From: Candidatus Bathyarchaeota archaeon
GTDB lineage: Archaea > Thermoproteota > Bathyarchaeia > 40CM-2-53-6
Assembly (NCBI GenBank): GCA_963733055.1
Contig: CAVTBR010000002.1
Location: 224,001-288,000, forward strand
Direction of reading: 5' to 3'
Length of the DNA stretch: 64,000 bases
The position numbers were made by a program, and so were the translations under genes. Position 1 is the stretch's first letter. Each line of letters begins with the position of its first letter. The notes below the pieces were generated by a model, which saw only the letters and a list, made by a program, of their open reading frames with translations, did not search any database and had not been told where the DNA came from. Below, in pieces: positions 38,081 to 48,133 of the stretch.

Positions 38081-38479
38081 CTAACGCACTGTAACAGTAA
38101 GTGGCTTCGTAGCCTGCCAAGCTTTCATCGTCTTTTCTTGGAGCTTTAGGGCGAAGTCGCTCCCCACATCATTAATTGCCTTAAGGATAAGCAGATCCTC
38201 AACACTACGTAATTCGCATTTGATTCGACCCACAATGTCAGACCCACAGCAGGCCACACAGTAACCCTCGTGAGAGTCGATTTCAGCAGGCGTAAGATCA
38301 GTCACGGTCTGATGAGACTTGCAGAGGCTAATCAAGTCCTTCGCTCCTCTTAATGCGATATAGATGTCCGGAGGGAGAGTCACTATTCTACCCGCCAGTT
38401 CCACTGTGGCATCGTTCAAGATCGTCCATGCAGTATCAAGCTGTTCACACCGTTGTCTTGTAGTCTGATCCGTGCCCAT
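38081..38479 (-). CDS. DUF2096-like protein with CxxCC motif (paralogue of 30114-30827)
   Basis: YCVACCGSDIVGRIKCELRSVED matches FCVGCCGQNVASRIKCELRNVED. Confidence 0.7.
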   Translation of the reverse strand: MGTDQTTRQRCEQLDTAWTILNDATVELAGRIVTLPPDIYIALRGAKDLISLCKSHQTVTDLTPAEIDSHEGYCVACCGSDIVGRIKCELRSVEDLLILKAINDVGSDFALKLQEKTMKAWQATKPLTVTVR

Positions 38480-38619
38480 TGATCGCGCCTAGGCATCACT
38501 GAGGCTGGTTTCCCTATAATTACTACCGTCCCAACAGTATATGTACCAATTACATAGTCCGGATTCAATATACAGAACCGACTGAACCAAGACCCCGACC
38601 AAATGTGCGAGTCCACTAA

Positions 38620-39105
38620 TTAGAACCATAATTCATAGAGTTGTGATGGGTTCGGCTTTTCATCTGAAAGAGAAAATCCAAACGCGTCCCGCTTCAGCGC
38701 TCGTCTCACTATCCAAGTGTTGAGTTTTGGTACATCTGAACGTGCTTCCATTTCATCCACCGAGAAATATCTAAGATCTGAGATCTCGGCGTTATCCGGC
38801 TTAAGTTCGCCACCTAAGACTTTCACAAGAAATGCCATGTATACGTCGCACTTTCCTCCCTCTGCCCTACTCCTCACCGATACCAATTTGAGGGGTTCAA
38901 CTTGAAGCCCCGTTTCTTCGCGCACCTCCCGTCTAACGGCCTGACCTATAGTTTCAGTCGATTTCACGTATCCGCCCGGTAGAATCCATCCCATATGGCC
39001 GTACGTTAACTTAACCAGAAGAACCTTATCGCCATCAATTACGACGCCTCCTACACCGATCGTGAAAGGACCTGGCGGAAATTCAGGCTCCGTAGTAGCT
39101 GGCAA
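38620..39105 (-). CDS. NUDIX hydrolase
   Basis: PGGYVKSTETIGQAVRREVREETG Nudix box. Confidence 0.93.
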   Translation of the reverse strand: MPATTEPEFPPGPFTIGVGGVVIDGDKVLLVKLTYGHMGWILPGGYVKSTETIGQAVRREVREETGLQVEPLKLVSVRSRAEGGKCDVYMAFLVKVLGGELKPDNAEISDLRYFSVDEMEARSDVPKLNTWIVRRALKRDAFGFSLSDEKPNPSQLYELWF

Positions 39106-39367
39106 GACTTCTCAACGGACTACAACAGTATCGGAAAATAAATCTAGGTTTCATCGGCTGAACAGCTCATTTCGGAAGAGCTTATACTAGGCTAGGGTAG
39201 GGCGCCGAGAAAGTGTCCAATTAGGAATCCTACGAATCCGGCCGTTAGACCGATAATTAGCATCAGTAAACCGCTCTTTCAGGACGAAGCTACAGTCAAT
39301 TATGTTGTAACATCTAGCTTGCCGGTCGTATTGGTAGAATAAGCCTTAAGATACAAAAATTACAAGG

Positions 39368-39703
39368 TTGTGGCGGAGTCGAAAAACTGTGGTAATGAAG
39401 GTCTCTACAACAACCGTGCTTGGCCTACTTGCTGGTCTTGCCGTCGGAGTAATCGGTCTTGGACGAGCCAATGGCCTCAGCCCTGACTTAGCCAACGTTG
39501 CGTCCAAGATTCATCAATACGCGCTATGGATCGTGCTGTTATCTTTGCTTGTGCCGTTACTTGATTATTTTGTGTCTACAAATTTGCCTACGACGGTCAT
39601 TGGTTTCGTGACACGCCAACCGTTTCGTCACATAGCCGGCTTCTTCACGGGTCTGGCCGTAGGTTTACTTGTTCTAATCATATTTGCACCTCAAATCTTT
39701 TAG
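39368..39703 (+). CDS. Small membrane protein (3 TM)
   Basis: Hydrophobic segments; likely ATG start at 39395. Confidence 0.65.
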   Translation: MWRSRKTVVMKVSTTTVLGLLAGLAVGVIGLGRANGLSPDLANVASKIHQYALWIVLLSLLVPLLDYFVSTNLPTTVIGFVTRQPFRHIAGFFTGLAVGLLVLIIFAPQIF

Positions 39704-39776
39704 ATTACCCAATAGAAACTGCGTGCGAACCTAGTAGGCCGAAATTCTTGACCGGATTTCTGGAGAATTAAGCGCA

Positions 39777-40487
39777 TTGCCAAGTGAGAAAAGGATAGTC
39801 GTATCCAAGAATGGCCCTTACCTTGTCTCGGGGGCCATTCCCCTCGCCATGCAGATAATTACACCAAACGAAGAGGGGTTCTCATGGGATTGGAAGGAAG
39901 GCAAAGCCTTCGACACAAAAGCAGAGTACAGCCTTTGTCGTTGCGGCCGTTCAAAGACCAAACCGTTCTGCGATAGCAGTCATAAGAAAATTAGATTCAA
40001 CGGAAAAGAGAGCGCGAGTCGCACGCCGATTGCAAGGCAATCGGAAACATTTGATGGGCCAACCATGACTCTCGACGATGCGGAACAACTTTGTGCTTTC
40101 GCGCGGTTCTGCGATCCTGGCGGAAAGATTTGGGGTCTGATAGAACAAACGGATAACCCTGAAGCCCGCGAGTTGGCCATAAGAGAGGCCAATCACTGCC
40201 CGGCAGGCCGGCTGGTCCTACACGATAAGAAGACGGGGAAGGAAATTGAACATAAGCTTCCACCCTCCATCGGTGTGGTTGAAGATCCGGCGCTTGGGTG
40301 CAGCGGTCCCCTCTGGGTTCGTGGAGGCGTAAGAATCGAATCTGAGAACGGCACGCCATACGAGGCGCGGAATTGCGTTACGCTTTGCCGCTGTGGAGCT
40401 TCGAGCAACATGCCTTTCTGCAATGGCAGTCACGCAAGCATCAAGTTCAGAGACGGACTCATGGAATTCAAGAACGAAGACCAGTGA
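39777..40487 (+). CDS. CDGSH iron-sulfur protein with central divergent 4Fe-4S domain
   Basis: LCRCGRSKTKPFCDSSH and LCRCGASSNMPFCNGSH; CAFARFC...CPAG. Confidence 0.93.
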   Translation: MPSEKRIVVSKNGPYLVSGAIPLAMQIITPNEEGFSWDWKEGKAFDTKAEYSLCRCGRSKTKPFCDSSHKKIRFNGKESASRTPIARQSETFDGPTMTLDDAEQLCAFARFCDPGGKIWGLIEQTDNPEARELAIREANHCPAGRLVLHDKKTGKEIEHKLPPSIGVVEDPALGCSGPLWVRGGVRIESENGTPYEARNCVTLCRCGASSNMPFCNGSHASIKFRDGLMEFKNEDQ

Positions 40488-40497
40488 ACTGCGATAA

Positions 40498-41271
40498 ATG
40501 AAAAGGAAAACTGAACCGACAATTAGCGAAGATGAGAAGCGACGAGTCGCGTAGGCTTTCGATAGCGCCACCGTGACAATGCGCGAACACCGTTTTGACA
40601 TAGGGGACGGAGTGGAGGTCGCGATAGAGCCCAGACTTCCCTTCATGGGTTACACAAAACCGGAGGGCAATAAATTCAGAGTAACCATTTCCGGCAATGC
40701 CGTGGAGTCCGGAATGCTCGAAGGGTTGCTAGTTCATGAAATGTCGCACATTTACCGAATGCGAACAAACCACCCATCACACAATGCACGCATCATCGAT
40801 TCCGCCATCCGTGACCTCGGAGAAGCTCTGCGTTACGATTATCAACGGAAAATCGTCGGCGAACTCGTGAACAACATCGAAGACCTCTATGCGGACGACA
40901 TAGCGATCAAAGTGATACGCGACGGATCTATTTCTGAAGATCAACTCAGCGATTTCCTTCAGGACTGGGTGAAGGACGAACCTGTAGAAACGAGTGATCC
41001 GGTCAGAGACAGGTGGGTCAACGCCTCAATAATGGCAAACAACGCTCGCGCAATCAGCCAAATGGCAAGGCATCAAATAGAAGACAAGGAGGGAAGGGCT
41101 GAGGCAATGAATGAAAACTTCCTCAATCTCGTATCGCCCGAGATTTCGACTCAATACGAATATTTCTTGAACACGCTGATCAATTTGAATGAAGATATAA
41201 CCTCAGAACAGTACCGTAGGCTGCTCGGAGAATACTTAAACAGGTTTTTGTCGGCCACGGAAATGAATTAG
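40498..41271 (+). CDS. Zincin-like metallopeptidase (HExxH); in-frame TAG at 40552 after the upstream ATG
   Basis: LLVHEMSHIY, HPSH, NNIEDLYADD. Confidence 0.7.
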
Positions 41272-41370
41272 CCAGTCCTTTCGAGTTATCACTCTTTGAA
41301 GATCTGTAGAGCTACGCATCTCTAGTCAGAACTCAGAAAATGGGGTGTGGGAGAAAAATCTCCCAGGGTT

Positions 41371-41577
41371 CTATTGTACTATTTCGCCGGTTGCGAATCT
41401 TGGTCCAACGGAATTAATTTTGACCTTCACCTTATCGCCAGGTTTGGATTGTGGGACGAAAACTACGAAACCTTCGATCCTTGCGACTCCGTCACCACGA
41501 CGGCTGGTCTCTTTGATCTCAAGTTCGTATTCCTTACCTTCCTCAACTGGCTTGTTGACGGAACGATCATAGCTCAT
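41371..41577 (-). CDS. Single-TRAM-domain RNA-binding (cold-shock-like) protein
   Basis: KPVEEGKEY...GDGVARIEGFVVFVP; SD GAGGTGA before the ATG. Confidence 0.92.
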   Translation of the reverse strand: MSYDRSVNKPVEEGKEYELEIKETSRRGDGVARIEGFVVFVPQSKPGDKVKVKINSVGPRFATGEIVQ

Positions 41578-41764
41578 GCGTTTCACCTCGTAAGTTTGGT
41601 TCAGCTAGTTTCTCGGGAGAAATAGGACGCCGACACGGATTTACGGTAGGACGTTCGCTTCAGCCCGTATACCTAACTTGCCATCAAGCAAGCAACCGTG
41701 TCTATTAAACTGATTATCGAGCTTCGAAATCTGCTTTATGTCGCCGGGATTGAGCCATCCCGAT

Positions 41765-42493
41765 TCATTTTTCGAGAGACACTTCGAAGTTTTCGCCTAC
41801 TTTCAGTTCATGCAATTGTCGGTCGAAGTGTACATTCCTCATCGTTCTGATCTGCACCAGGTCCCTCGCTTTCTCATGTCCCTCGAGTCTGAAGTCGATG
41901 ATTCCGTCGGCTGATCCCTCCAGCTGCTTGTAGGCCCATTCGCTGTGGACGCCCTTCATGATCCCAAGGACTAGGGTTGATCGTCTCACTGATGCGATCG
42001 GATAGACTCGAGTGAGCATGAATTCGATCCAAGACTTCTCGTCGTTGAACCTTGCTAGAGTCGAGAAGCTGTCCGCGATTCTGAGCGACTCAGGCCATTC
42101 AGTTTCTTCAGGGTCTTTCAGGTCGTCCTCGGTAAGACGGAATTCTATACTCTGGTCGGCGACTTTGAGCGAATCGATTCCATATTTTTCCTTCGATTTG
42201 TGCCCTAACGTGGGGGTATACCAGTCGTACACTCGCAACCTATCGCGCCTCTCCAAATCATCTACGTTCAAACCAACCCTTGCGAGTAGCATCCGGACGT
42301 AGTTGGGGGGTTTAACGAATCCGTTGTAACCGACGGTCCCTCCGTCCGTGACCCATCCCGCCGCGATTGTGACGCAGGAATTGTACCATTGGGAGTCGGG
42401 GTCAAATTCTACCAAAAGATTTGAACCCAAAGGTACAGGGCCTTTCGTCAGGTCTTCGATTAATGGAATCCTAGGCAAATCTGAAGCGCACAT
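41765..42493 (-). CDS. KaiC/RAD55-like ATPase-fold protein with degenerate Walker A
   Basis: LLVEFDPDSQW replaces GxPGxGKT; ADGIIDF, IRTMRN. Confidence 0.75.
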   Translation of the reverse strand: MCASDLPRIPLIEDLTKGPVPLGSNLLVEFDPDSQWYNSCVTIAAGWVTDGGTVGYNGFVKPPNYVRMLLARVGLNVDDLERRDRLRVYDWYTPTLGHKSKEKYGIDSLKVADQSIEFRLTEDDLKDPEETEWPESLRIADSFSTLARFNDEKSWIEFMLTRVYPIASVRRSTLVLGIMKGVHSEWAYKQLEGSADGIIDFRLEGHEKARDLVQIRTMRNVHFDRQLHELKVGENFEVSLEK

Positions 42494-42548
42494 CTGTTCC
42501 TAACAAATCTCACCGTGTCGCGTCTAGTTAAACAGTATACCAGAGACA

Positions 42549-42860
42549 CTAGAGACTTCTTCTGAACATGAGAGTAGCTATGACGAGCATGAGTCCGGTG
42601 AAGACGCCGAGGAAAGCAAAATCACCAATGACTCCCGCTAAGTTTGAACCCTTGTACATCAGGAGGCGCAGCGCGTGAACTGCGTATGCCTCGGGGTTAA
42701 CTAATGCGAAGGTTCTCATCCGGGCCGGAAAACCTTGACTTGGGCATATGGCACAGCTTGTGAAGCGGAAGATGAAGTTTAGCGGGCCGAGCGCGAATCG
42801 AAGGATATCGGCATTAGCGGCCCAAACAGCGACGGCCGCCATCCTCGAAAGCAAGTAGGC
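42549..42860 (-). pseudogene. ABC-2 transporter permease C-terminal remnant
   Basis: FALVNPEAYAVHALRLL...MFRRSL; N-terminal part missing or garbled. Confidence 0.65.
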
Positions 42861-42986
42861 GCTGAACTCGCTAGGATGAAAACCGACACTTCATGTGACT
42901 GTATCTATCGGTTCTCAGTCAAGTGTGTGTGACTAGTTCTCTACTATCGCTCGTCAGTAAATAGGTCGAACCACACTGTTCAGCTC

Positions 42987-43913
42987 GTGATGCCCAAAAT
43001 GAGTAAAGGTTCTTTGCAAATACTGCAATCGTTCTCCGACGCCATGACGGAACTAGCCGACAGGGTCGGTTCGTCTGTGGTTAGGGTGAGGTCTAGGAGA
43101 GGGTTCGGTTCAGGCGTAGTCTGGAGCGAAGACGGATACATCCTCACTTGCAGCCACGTCGTCGGAAGAGCCGCAACCGTTGAAGTAGGTTTCGGAGAAG
43201 GCCCGAGACTTGAGGCCAGAGTCATTGGACACGACCCATATTCGGATATGGCGTTGTTGAAGGTCGAGCAAACCGGTTTGAAACCGGTTGAAGTTGGGGA
43301 CTCGGAGGCGGTCGAGGTCGGACAGCTCGTCTTTGCTCTCGCCAACCCGTTCGGTGGAAATCCAAGCACCACATCAGGAATCGTCACCACCGCTAAGGCC
43401 TCATTGGGTTGGGGACCCGGTTCGATCGAGGACATGATTGTGACAGACGCTCCCTTGAATCCAGGCTACTCGGGAGGTCCGCTCGTCAACGCTTCAGGTG
43501 AGATGATTGGGCTCAATGTGGGCTACGCGAACTCTCGGGGGATCTCAATTCCAATTAACGCGATCAAGGGCACGATTACCGCCCTCGTCAACGAAGGGAA
43601 GGTCAGGATCGCACACCTCGGAATCAGCACTGACACTATAACTCTCTCGAAGCGCTTGGTCGATCAGGCAAAAATAGGCCAAGAAGAGGCTCTGCTGGTG
43701 CTCGAAGTAGAAACCGACAGCCCCGCAAAGAGAGCAGGCCTATTGATAGGAGACATTTTGGTAACCTTCGACAAGACACCGATCACCAGCCACAATGACC
43801 TGTACCGTCGGCTAACAAAAGACGCCATTGGAAAATCAATCGACATAGGAGTACTACGAGCAGAGAAGCTACTCAAGCTGACAATCACTCCCACTGAAGA
43901 CACCCCTCAATAA
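42987..43913 (+). CDS. HtrA/DegP-like serine protease with PDZ domain
   Basis: GSGVV, LTCSHVV, DMALL, TDAPLNPGYSGGPL, SPAKRAGL. Confidence 0.93.
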   Translation: MMPKMSKGSLQILQSFSDAMTELADRVGSSVVRVRSRRGFGSGVVWSEDGYILTCSHVVGRAATVEVGFGEGPRLEARVIGHDPYSDMALLKVEQTGLKPVEVGDSEAVEVGQLVFALANPFGGNPSTTSGIVTTAKASLGWGPGSIEDMIVTDAPLNPGYSGGPLVNASGEMIGLNVGYANSRGISIPINAIKGTITALVNEGKVRIAHLGISTDTITLSKRLVDQAKIGQEEALLVLEVETDSPAKRAGLLIGDILVTFDKTPITSHNDLYRRLTKDAIGKSIDIGVLRAEKLLKLTITPTEDTPQ

Positions 43914-44003
43914 CCAATCCCGCCCGAGGCTCCGAACCTATGGGTTGCATCGAACCTGCAATCTAGAGACGTCGAACCGTAAGTACACAACCCATTCTCT
44001 TCT

Positions 44004-44147
44004 TTATTCCTCGACCCCCTCCTCACTTTGTCCCTTGCCAACCTCCTTGATCTTACTTTGAATCATGTTCGGAAGCTGATAGCCACAGATCTTGCATACC
44101 CACGACTCATCGTAATCATGGCAGCAGCCATCCTCTTTCTCTTTCAA
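44004..44147 (-). CDS. Small zinc-finger (CPxCG-like) microprotein, 47 aa, below the ORF-track cutoff
   Basis: TTG start; MKEKEDGCCHDYDESWVCKICGYQLPNMIQSKIKEVGKGQSEEGVEE*. Confidence 0.6.
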   Translation of the reverse strand: MKEKEDGCCHDYDESWVCKICGYQLPNMIQSKIKEVGKGQSEEGVEE

Positions 44148-44367
44148 GACTACTCAGCCTCCAACATTACCGAATTTAGACCGTGGGGCTGTTTGAACCC
44201 TATTGAAAGACACACCCAACCCCTACGTCAAATTATCAAGCCATGGGCCCGATCTGTGATTATGTTCACACGTCCATGCCCACGTGGCTGACGAAAGCCA
44301 TCCCCAAGATTTACCTAGGGCCAAGGAGGAGAAGGCAATCGATTATTTCTCGATAGAGAGGACTCTC

Positions 44368-45069
44368 ATGCAATCAAACTCCAGCTGCTCGATTTGTAAG
44401 TGCGAAGCTGAGTCATGCGAGAATTGTCTGACACCTAGCGAATGCTCGAGCAGCGCGTCTTGCTGCTGCCCAGCGACCCACACCGCTTGGAAGGTTGGAA
44501 GGATTCATCTTGGAATTATCGTAGAATACCTTAGCCTCGGGTGGATGGTTGTTGAGGTTATTGGCTCAATTGGAATCGGTTTGCTTTCGAGTAGCTTAGC
44601 TCTGATCGCGTTTGGCAGCGACAGTCTTGTGGAACTGATTTCTGGGTACGCCGTTCTAAATCATCTGAAAGATGATTCACGGGGCTCTGGCGACCTCGGT
44701 GAGAGAACCGAGAAAATCACGAAACTACTACTCGTTGCACTGATCCCGATAATCGGGTTGACCGCAATTTACTCATACTCAATGGGTATACGGCCCGAGT
44801 CTTCTCCCCTTGGTATAGCGGTGGCTGTTGGAGCGGTGTTCATCATGCCCATTCTATGGGTTCAGAAGAAGAGAATTGGAAGGGAAACAAACTGCGTCCC
44901 ACTCTCAATTGATGCCGTAGAATCCGCAACCTGCTTCCTCATGGCTCTCGCCTTGCTCGGCAGTCTCCTCGTTAACTATCTCTTCAAAATATGGTGGATA
45001 GATTACGCAGCTACGGCAATCATTCTAGCGTTCGTTGGAAAAGAGTGCCTGGAAGCGTTCCGCGAATAA
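44368..45069 (+). CDS. CDF/TMEM163-like cation transporter with Cys-rich N-terminus
   Basis: SLALIAFGSDSLVELIS, PESSPLG, KKRIG, WWIDY; N-terminal CSICKC...CCC. Confidence 0.82.
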   Translation: MQSNSSCSICKCEAESCENCLTPSECSSSASCCCPATHTAWKVGRIHLGIIVEYLSLGWMVVEVIGSIGIGLLSSSLALIAFGSDSLVELISGYAVLNHLKDDSRGSGDLGERTEKITKLLLVALIPIIGLTAIYSYSMGIRPESSPLGIAVAVGAVFIMPILWVQKKRIGRETNCVPLSIDAVESATCFLMALALLGSLLVNYLFKIWWIDYAATAIILAFVGKECLEAFRE

Positions 45070-45105
45070 TCCCGAAACATGCTAAAGCTGTTTGCCGGAA
45101 CCGGT

Positions 45106-45981
45106 TCACATATCAGACATCTTCAGCGCGGCATTTGCACTCCGCGCTTTGATTGGCCTCTTTCCATCTCGTCGACCATCGTGTTTTAGTCGGGATGCAC
45201 GAATTTTATGGTCGTGAATTATTCTTCTTATCAGCTGTTTTGTTTGCTTCGGGCCTGAGACTGATATGCAGTGGATGCCTGTGCTCCTCATGATGTAGTC
45301 GTTTCCACCTCTGAACAACGCATCGCCAACGTATAGCATGTCTTCCTTCTTCACACCTAGCCGTTCTCTTAGCTTCTCTACGCATAATGTCTTGTTTACC
45401 CCCTTTCTCGTGACATCAATTGATGTGGTTCCGCCGATAGAAATCTCGAAGTTGTGCAATTGGATTCTCAGGAGCCTCCTTATCCTCTGTCGCTTCTGCT
45501 GGGTTGGGTCCCACGTCCGTTTCAGCCTTAGCGGAGCTTTCTGACCCAAGGCTGAAAAAGTAACTTGGCTTCCTCTGTTCTCAAAAACGGGTCCGTATGT
45601 CCTTGCCGGTTGGGAATATCCAATTGCCTGGAAAACCTTCGCAAAAGATCTCAGAATTTTCTTGACGTCTCGAATAGACAGGACATTGGTGTAAGCCTGA
45701 TAGAAACGGCGGCGTTTGCTGTCATAATAGTAACCGCGTGATGAAGAGGTTGGAAACAACAGCAGGTTGCGTAAGTTGGCGTTCTTTGGCAGCCCGCTTA
45801 TGAATTGGCTGCTGAACTGCTGAAAAGACCCTCCCGATGTAATGGCAACGTACTTTACCCGAAGCAGTTCGCGAATGAGCGACGCCATTTCATGGTCGAT
45901 GTGGGACTTGCTCTTTGTGAGAGTACCGTCAAGGTCAAAGATGATGATTCTTTTATGCGATAAGGAAATCTTACGGCTCAT
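45106..45981 (-). CDS. HAD IIB hydrolase, eukaryotic-type phosphomannomutase-like
   Basis: FDLDGTL, ENRGSQVTFSALG, GGTTSIDV, GDALFRGGND. Confidence 0.85.
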   Translation of the reverse strand: MSRKISLSHKRIIIFDLDGTLTKSKSHIDHEMASLIRELLRVKYVAITSGGSFQQFSSQFISGLPKNANLRNLLLFPTSSSRGYYYDSKRRRFYQAYTNVLSIRDVKKILRSFAKVFQAIGYSQPARTYGPVFENRGSQVTFSALGQKAPLRLKRTWDPTQQKRQRIRRLLRIQLHNFEISIGGTTSIDVTRKGVNKTLCVEKLRERLGVKKEDMLYVGDALFRGGNDYIMRSTGIHCISVSGPKQTKQLIRRIIHDHKIRASRLKHDGRRDGKRPIKARSANAALKMSDM

Positions 45982-45992
45982 GTCCGACGGAC

Positions 45993-46928
45993 CTAACTGT
46001 AGCTTTCTAAGGTTTCTACCAGCAATTTCATGGGGACGCTCGCGACACCGCAGGTTCTGTCCGCTCCCCCGTAAAAGACCTTGAGCTCATCCTTTACCAA
46101 GACTGCACCTTCCGGAAAGACAACGTTCGGTACCACCCCAGTCCTTTCGAAGGCTTCTTCCGGTTCAAGGATAGGTTCCGGAGTTCGCGCCATCATGCGT
46201 AGCGGGTTTTCAAGATCAAGAAGGGCTGCACCGGCACGATATACAGTGTTAGAATCCACGCCATGATAGATGACTACCCATCCGATGCCGGTTCGGATTG
46301 GGGGCGGTCCTATCCCGACCTTCCGTTCTTCCCACTTCCACTTTGGTTTCATGATAATGTTTGTTTCTATGCGTTTGAGGTAGTTCTTCGAGTATGGGTT
46401 TTGCGACACCTTTTCCATCTCTTTGATATTATGGTAGAGAGCCAGCTCGATGTTTGGCGCTATTCTATGGACAACGGCGAATTTTCCGTCGATAAGCTGA
46501 GGGAATAGGGCGGCGTCCTTGTCGTCGTAGTCAGGTCCCACTACTCCGTAGCGTTCATAATTCATGAAGTCTGTAGTCGACGCTAGAGCTACTCGCGGAC
46601 CCCGTGGCGAATACGCGGTGTAGAAAACGTAGAATCCGCCATCGAATGCTGTTATGCGAGGATCTTCACAACCCAGTACTTCCCAAGAGTCAACCGGAGC
46701 GAAAACAGGTCGCGCAGATCGTTCTACGATTGCTTCGCCATCCATCGTTGTTGCGTGGCCCAGGGATGAAATCTTATTCTCATTCACAGCTCTGTATAAT
46801 ATATGAACAACGTCACCTTTCTTTACTGCTCCGGGGTTGAAGGCACCACCGACTTCCCAGTTTATACCGGGTCTTGGTTCAATGATGGGATTTTTGGAAC
46901 TTCGGACCAGCTTGATGCTCATCAACAC
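45993..46928 (-). CDS. GH130 glycosidase/beta-mannoside phosphorylase
   Basis: FNPGA, GCEDPRI, DKDAALFP, YHGV, VPNVVFP, YGGAD. Confidence 0.9.
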   Translation of the reverse strand: MLMSIKLVRSSKNPIIEPRPGINWEVGGAFNPGAVKKGDVVHILYRAVNENKISSLGHATTMDGEAIVERSARPVFAPVDSWEVLGCEDPRITAFDGGFYVFYTAYSPRGPRVALASTTDFMNYERYGVVGPDYDDKDAALFPQLIDGKFAVVHRIAPNIELALYHNIKEMEKVSQNPYSKNYLKRIETNIIMKPKWKWEERKVGIGPPPIRTGIGWVVIYHGVDSNTVYRAGAALLDLENPLRMMARTPEPILEPEEAFERTGVVPNVVFPEGAVLVKDELKVFYGGADRTCGVASVPMKLLVETLESYS

Positions 46929-46978
46929 TTCATCTCCCTGTTGGACAGGACCCCCGCGAGGGACAAGTCGCTATGTTT

Positions 46979-47941
46979 TCATGTTGCAAGTAGATTAGCC
47001 AGTTTCAGCAGTCCTAGATCCAAAGTCTTCAGCGTATTGCATGACTTGTGAAGCTCGACACTTCCAATCCCGCCATCTTGCAGCCCGACTACTCTGCCGC
47101 CTTCTTCCTTCGACAATAGCTGGATGGCTTTCTGTGCGAACAAGTTCGCCAAGAGCCTACTCCTAGCCGTGGGGCTGCCGCCTCTTTGGGCATAGCCAAT
47201 TATGCTTAGTCTGACATCCGCTTTTGTGTTTTGTTGAATCTCTCTCGCAAGTTGACGCGTGTCTCCTATTCCTTCCGCCGCCACGATGAGGCCTGACTTC
47301 TTTCCTTTGGCCATATTTTCCCTTACTGTCTCGAAAAGTTTCGCGCTTTGATATTTTACTTCTGGAACAAGAATTATCTCGGCGCCAACGGTGAGGCCGA
47401 CCTGCAACGCGAGAAAACCACTTTCTCGCCCCATCACTTCAATGATGAAGACTCTTTCAAGGGAAACTGCAGTGTCTCGTATCTTGTCGATTTCGGCAAC
47501 GGCAGTGTTTACAGCCGTATCGAAACCTATGGTTTCCTCGGTTCCAAATACATCGTTATCGATTGATGCAGGAATTCCAACTATCATCGTATCAGTATAC
47601 GAACTCAGTTCAAGGGCTCCTTTGAAAGAGCCGTTACCGCCGATGACTACAAGTCCATCGACGTTGTTTAATTCGAGGGTTTCGGAAGCTTTCTCAAGTC
47701 CTTCCTTCTTCTCGAATTCCGGGCACCTGGACGTGTGCAGAATTGTTCCACCTAACTGAAGAATTCCGCTTACGGTGCGGGGCGGCAATTGCATAGACGT
47801 ATTCGTAATCAAGCCTTCCCACCCTCTCCTGAACCCCAGAACTTGAAACTTCTTAGAAGAGGCGATACGGACGACACCTCTGATAGCAGTGTTCATGCCA
47901 GGCGCATCTCCACCAGTTGTAACAACGGCTATCCTCTTCAT
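46979..47941 (-). CDS. pfkA: ATP-dependent 6-phosphofructokinase (PfkA family)
   Basis: GGDAPGMN, GGTILHTSRC, IGGNGS, PASIDND, IEVMGR, QRGG. Confidence 0.93.
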   Translation of the reverse strand: MKRIAVVTTGGDAPGMNTAIRGVVRIASSKKFQVLGFRRGWEGLITNTSMQLPPRTVSGILQLGGTILHTSRCPEFEKKEGLEKASETLELNNVDGLVVIGGNGSFKGALELSSYTDTMIVGIPASIDNDVFGTEETIGFDTAVNTAVAEIDKIRDTAVSLERVFIIEVMGRESGFLALQVGLTVGAEIILVPEVKYQSAKLFETVRENMAKGKKSGLIVAAEGIGDTRQLAREIQQNTKADVRLSIIGYAQRGGSPTARSRLLANLFAQKAIQLLSKEEGGRVVGLQDGGIGSVELHKSCNTLKTLDLGLLKLANLLAT

Positions 47942-48133
47942 CTATCGCTCTCTCCGTTTGGGAATTTGGGATACGTCTTTCTCTCATGAACTAAGCTGAC
48001 ATATTTTGACCTTGATGTTGCCATTGTAAGGTCAAGAATAGCTTCGCTTGCCCACTTTGTTGGCGCGTTTACTCGCTGTTGAAGCCTTCAAGGCTATCTG
48101 TAATTAGGCGAGGCCTGAAACTTTGAGGGACAA

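Noticed and set aside
44028-44291. 87-aa plus-strand ORF
   Set aside because: Overlaps the more convincing minus-strand Zn-finger microprotein and has no motifs
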